Position numbers and translations under genes: made by a program. Shown here piece after piece: positions 63,330-64,000 of a DNA stretch of 64,000 nt; position 1 is the first letter of the stretch, and each line of letters opens with the position of its first letter. The notes below the pieces were generated by a model. The model saw only the letters and a list, made by a program, of their open reading frames with translations, was not told the DNA's origin and did no database searches. The stretch spans positions 10,341 through 74,340 of the forward strand of contig JBFGZE010000007.1 in NCBI GenBank assembly GCA_041586955.1, read 5' to 3'. The stretch comes from Bacteriovoracaceae bacterium (GTDB taxonomy: Bacteria > Bdellovibrionota > Bacteriovoracia > Bacteriovoracales > Bacteriovoracaceae).

Positions 63330-64000
63330 TTAAGTGGTGTTGAGCTCTAGGCCTAAGTACTCAAAGTTATAATAGGCGATAAAAATATCGATGTGTTTTT
63401 GGAGCTTGTCGACTCGCTTGGTTGAGCACCAAGTTTTACGTACCAGTCGATTGATGGAGTCACGAAACATTGCGCAAGTGTGATTAAGTGTAAAAAGTGG
63501 ATCGAAGCCTTTTTTCTTTAATTCCCCTTAGCCGCTTACGCACGATCGCCCACCTTCATATGTTTTATAGGTACAAGACTGCAAGTACTTAGAAACAAAC
63601 TTTGGATATGTTTTATGCATATCTGACTGAATAATAGCACTCTTGTCGATGCTCTTGTAGATTTTTTCAAAGAGTCTCTCAAGTCCTTGCTCATGTTCAT
63701 TTGGTCTAAACCCATATTTCTTTCTAGAGTGCTTTGCTAAATGACCAAATGCCGGAATTCGTGTGACTTCGGCGCCTAAAATAATTCGCTTCTCCTTATC
63801 GACCGCAATTGAGACGGAAAGTGGCTTCATCTTTGTATGTTCTATCGTTATCAAATCATCAAATTGAATTTTTTTAACTTGGTTTTTTTCCAGTTGATTT
63901 AGCATTCTTTGATGCTTCTTTCGTGCACGAGCAGCGAGAAGATCGAGTCTTGAGGCAATGGTTTTACGATCAAGCTTTAAGATCCTTGCAATTCTTCTCA
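63330..64000 (-). pseudogene. IS1-like DDE transposase, cut by the window edge and interrupted by an in-frame TAA at 63528-63530
   Basis: HTH RRIARILKLDRKTI, QFDD, QSD; the same frame continues past the stop as GELKKKGFDPLFTLNHTCAMFRDSINRLVRKTWCSTKR...YYN until TAA 63332-63330. Confidence 0.75.

Overview
Chromosomal window of a moderately AT-rich, densely packed Gram-negative genome. Gene style suggests a Bacteriovoracia/Bdellovibrionota-like predator (inference only: short 277-aa flagellin, CarD/CdnL, many Cys-rich secreted hypotheticals, degenerate HD-GYP proteins). Housekeeping genes include type III glnA, murD, serC, tgt, queE, dksA, sdhCAB, sucCD, ndk, carD, uvrB and a flagellin. Signalling and surface loci are interspersed among them. 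Highlights read from the DNA: (1) a near-perfect sigma54 promoter at 33130-33145 pointing at no real ORF, only at a ~90-nt unit with a GGA-loop hairpin and an intrinsic terminator (candidate sRNA); (2) a recurring sigma28/FliA-type promoter (TAAA-like N15-16 xCCGATAA) before six non-flagellar genes/operons; (3) a membrane adenylate cyclase fused to a metal-ligand-deficient HD-GYP domain; (4) a translationally coupled pseudo-receiver/degenerate HD-GYP/CheY-like operon divergent from flagellin; (5) two tandem ~1200-aa GLUG-repeat lipoproteins; (6) two secreted-protein genes that overlap head-to-head; (7) an IS1-like transposase with an in-frame stop at the right edge. No rRNA, tRNA or CRISPR array was recognised. 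All functional calls come from motif recognition, not database searches.
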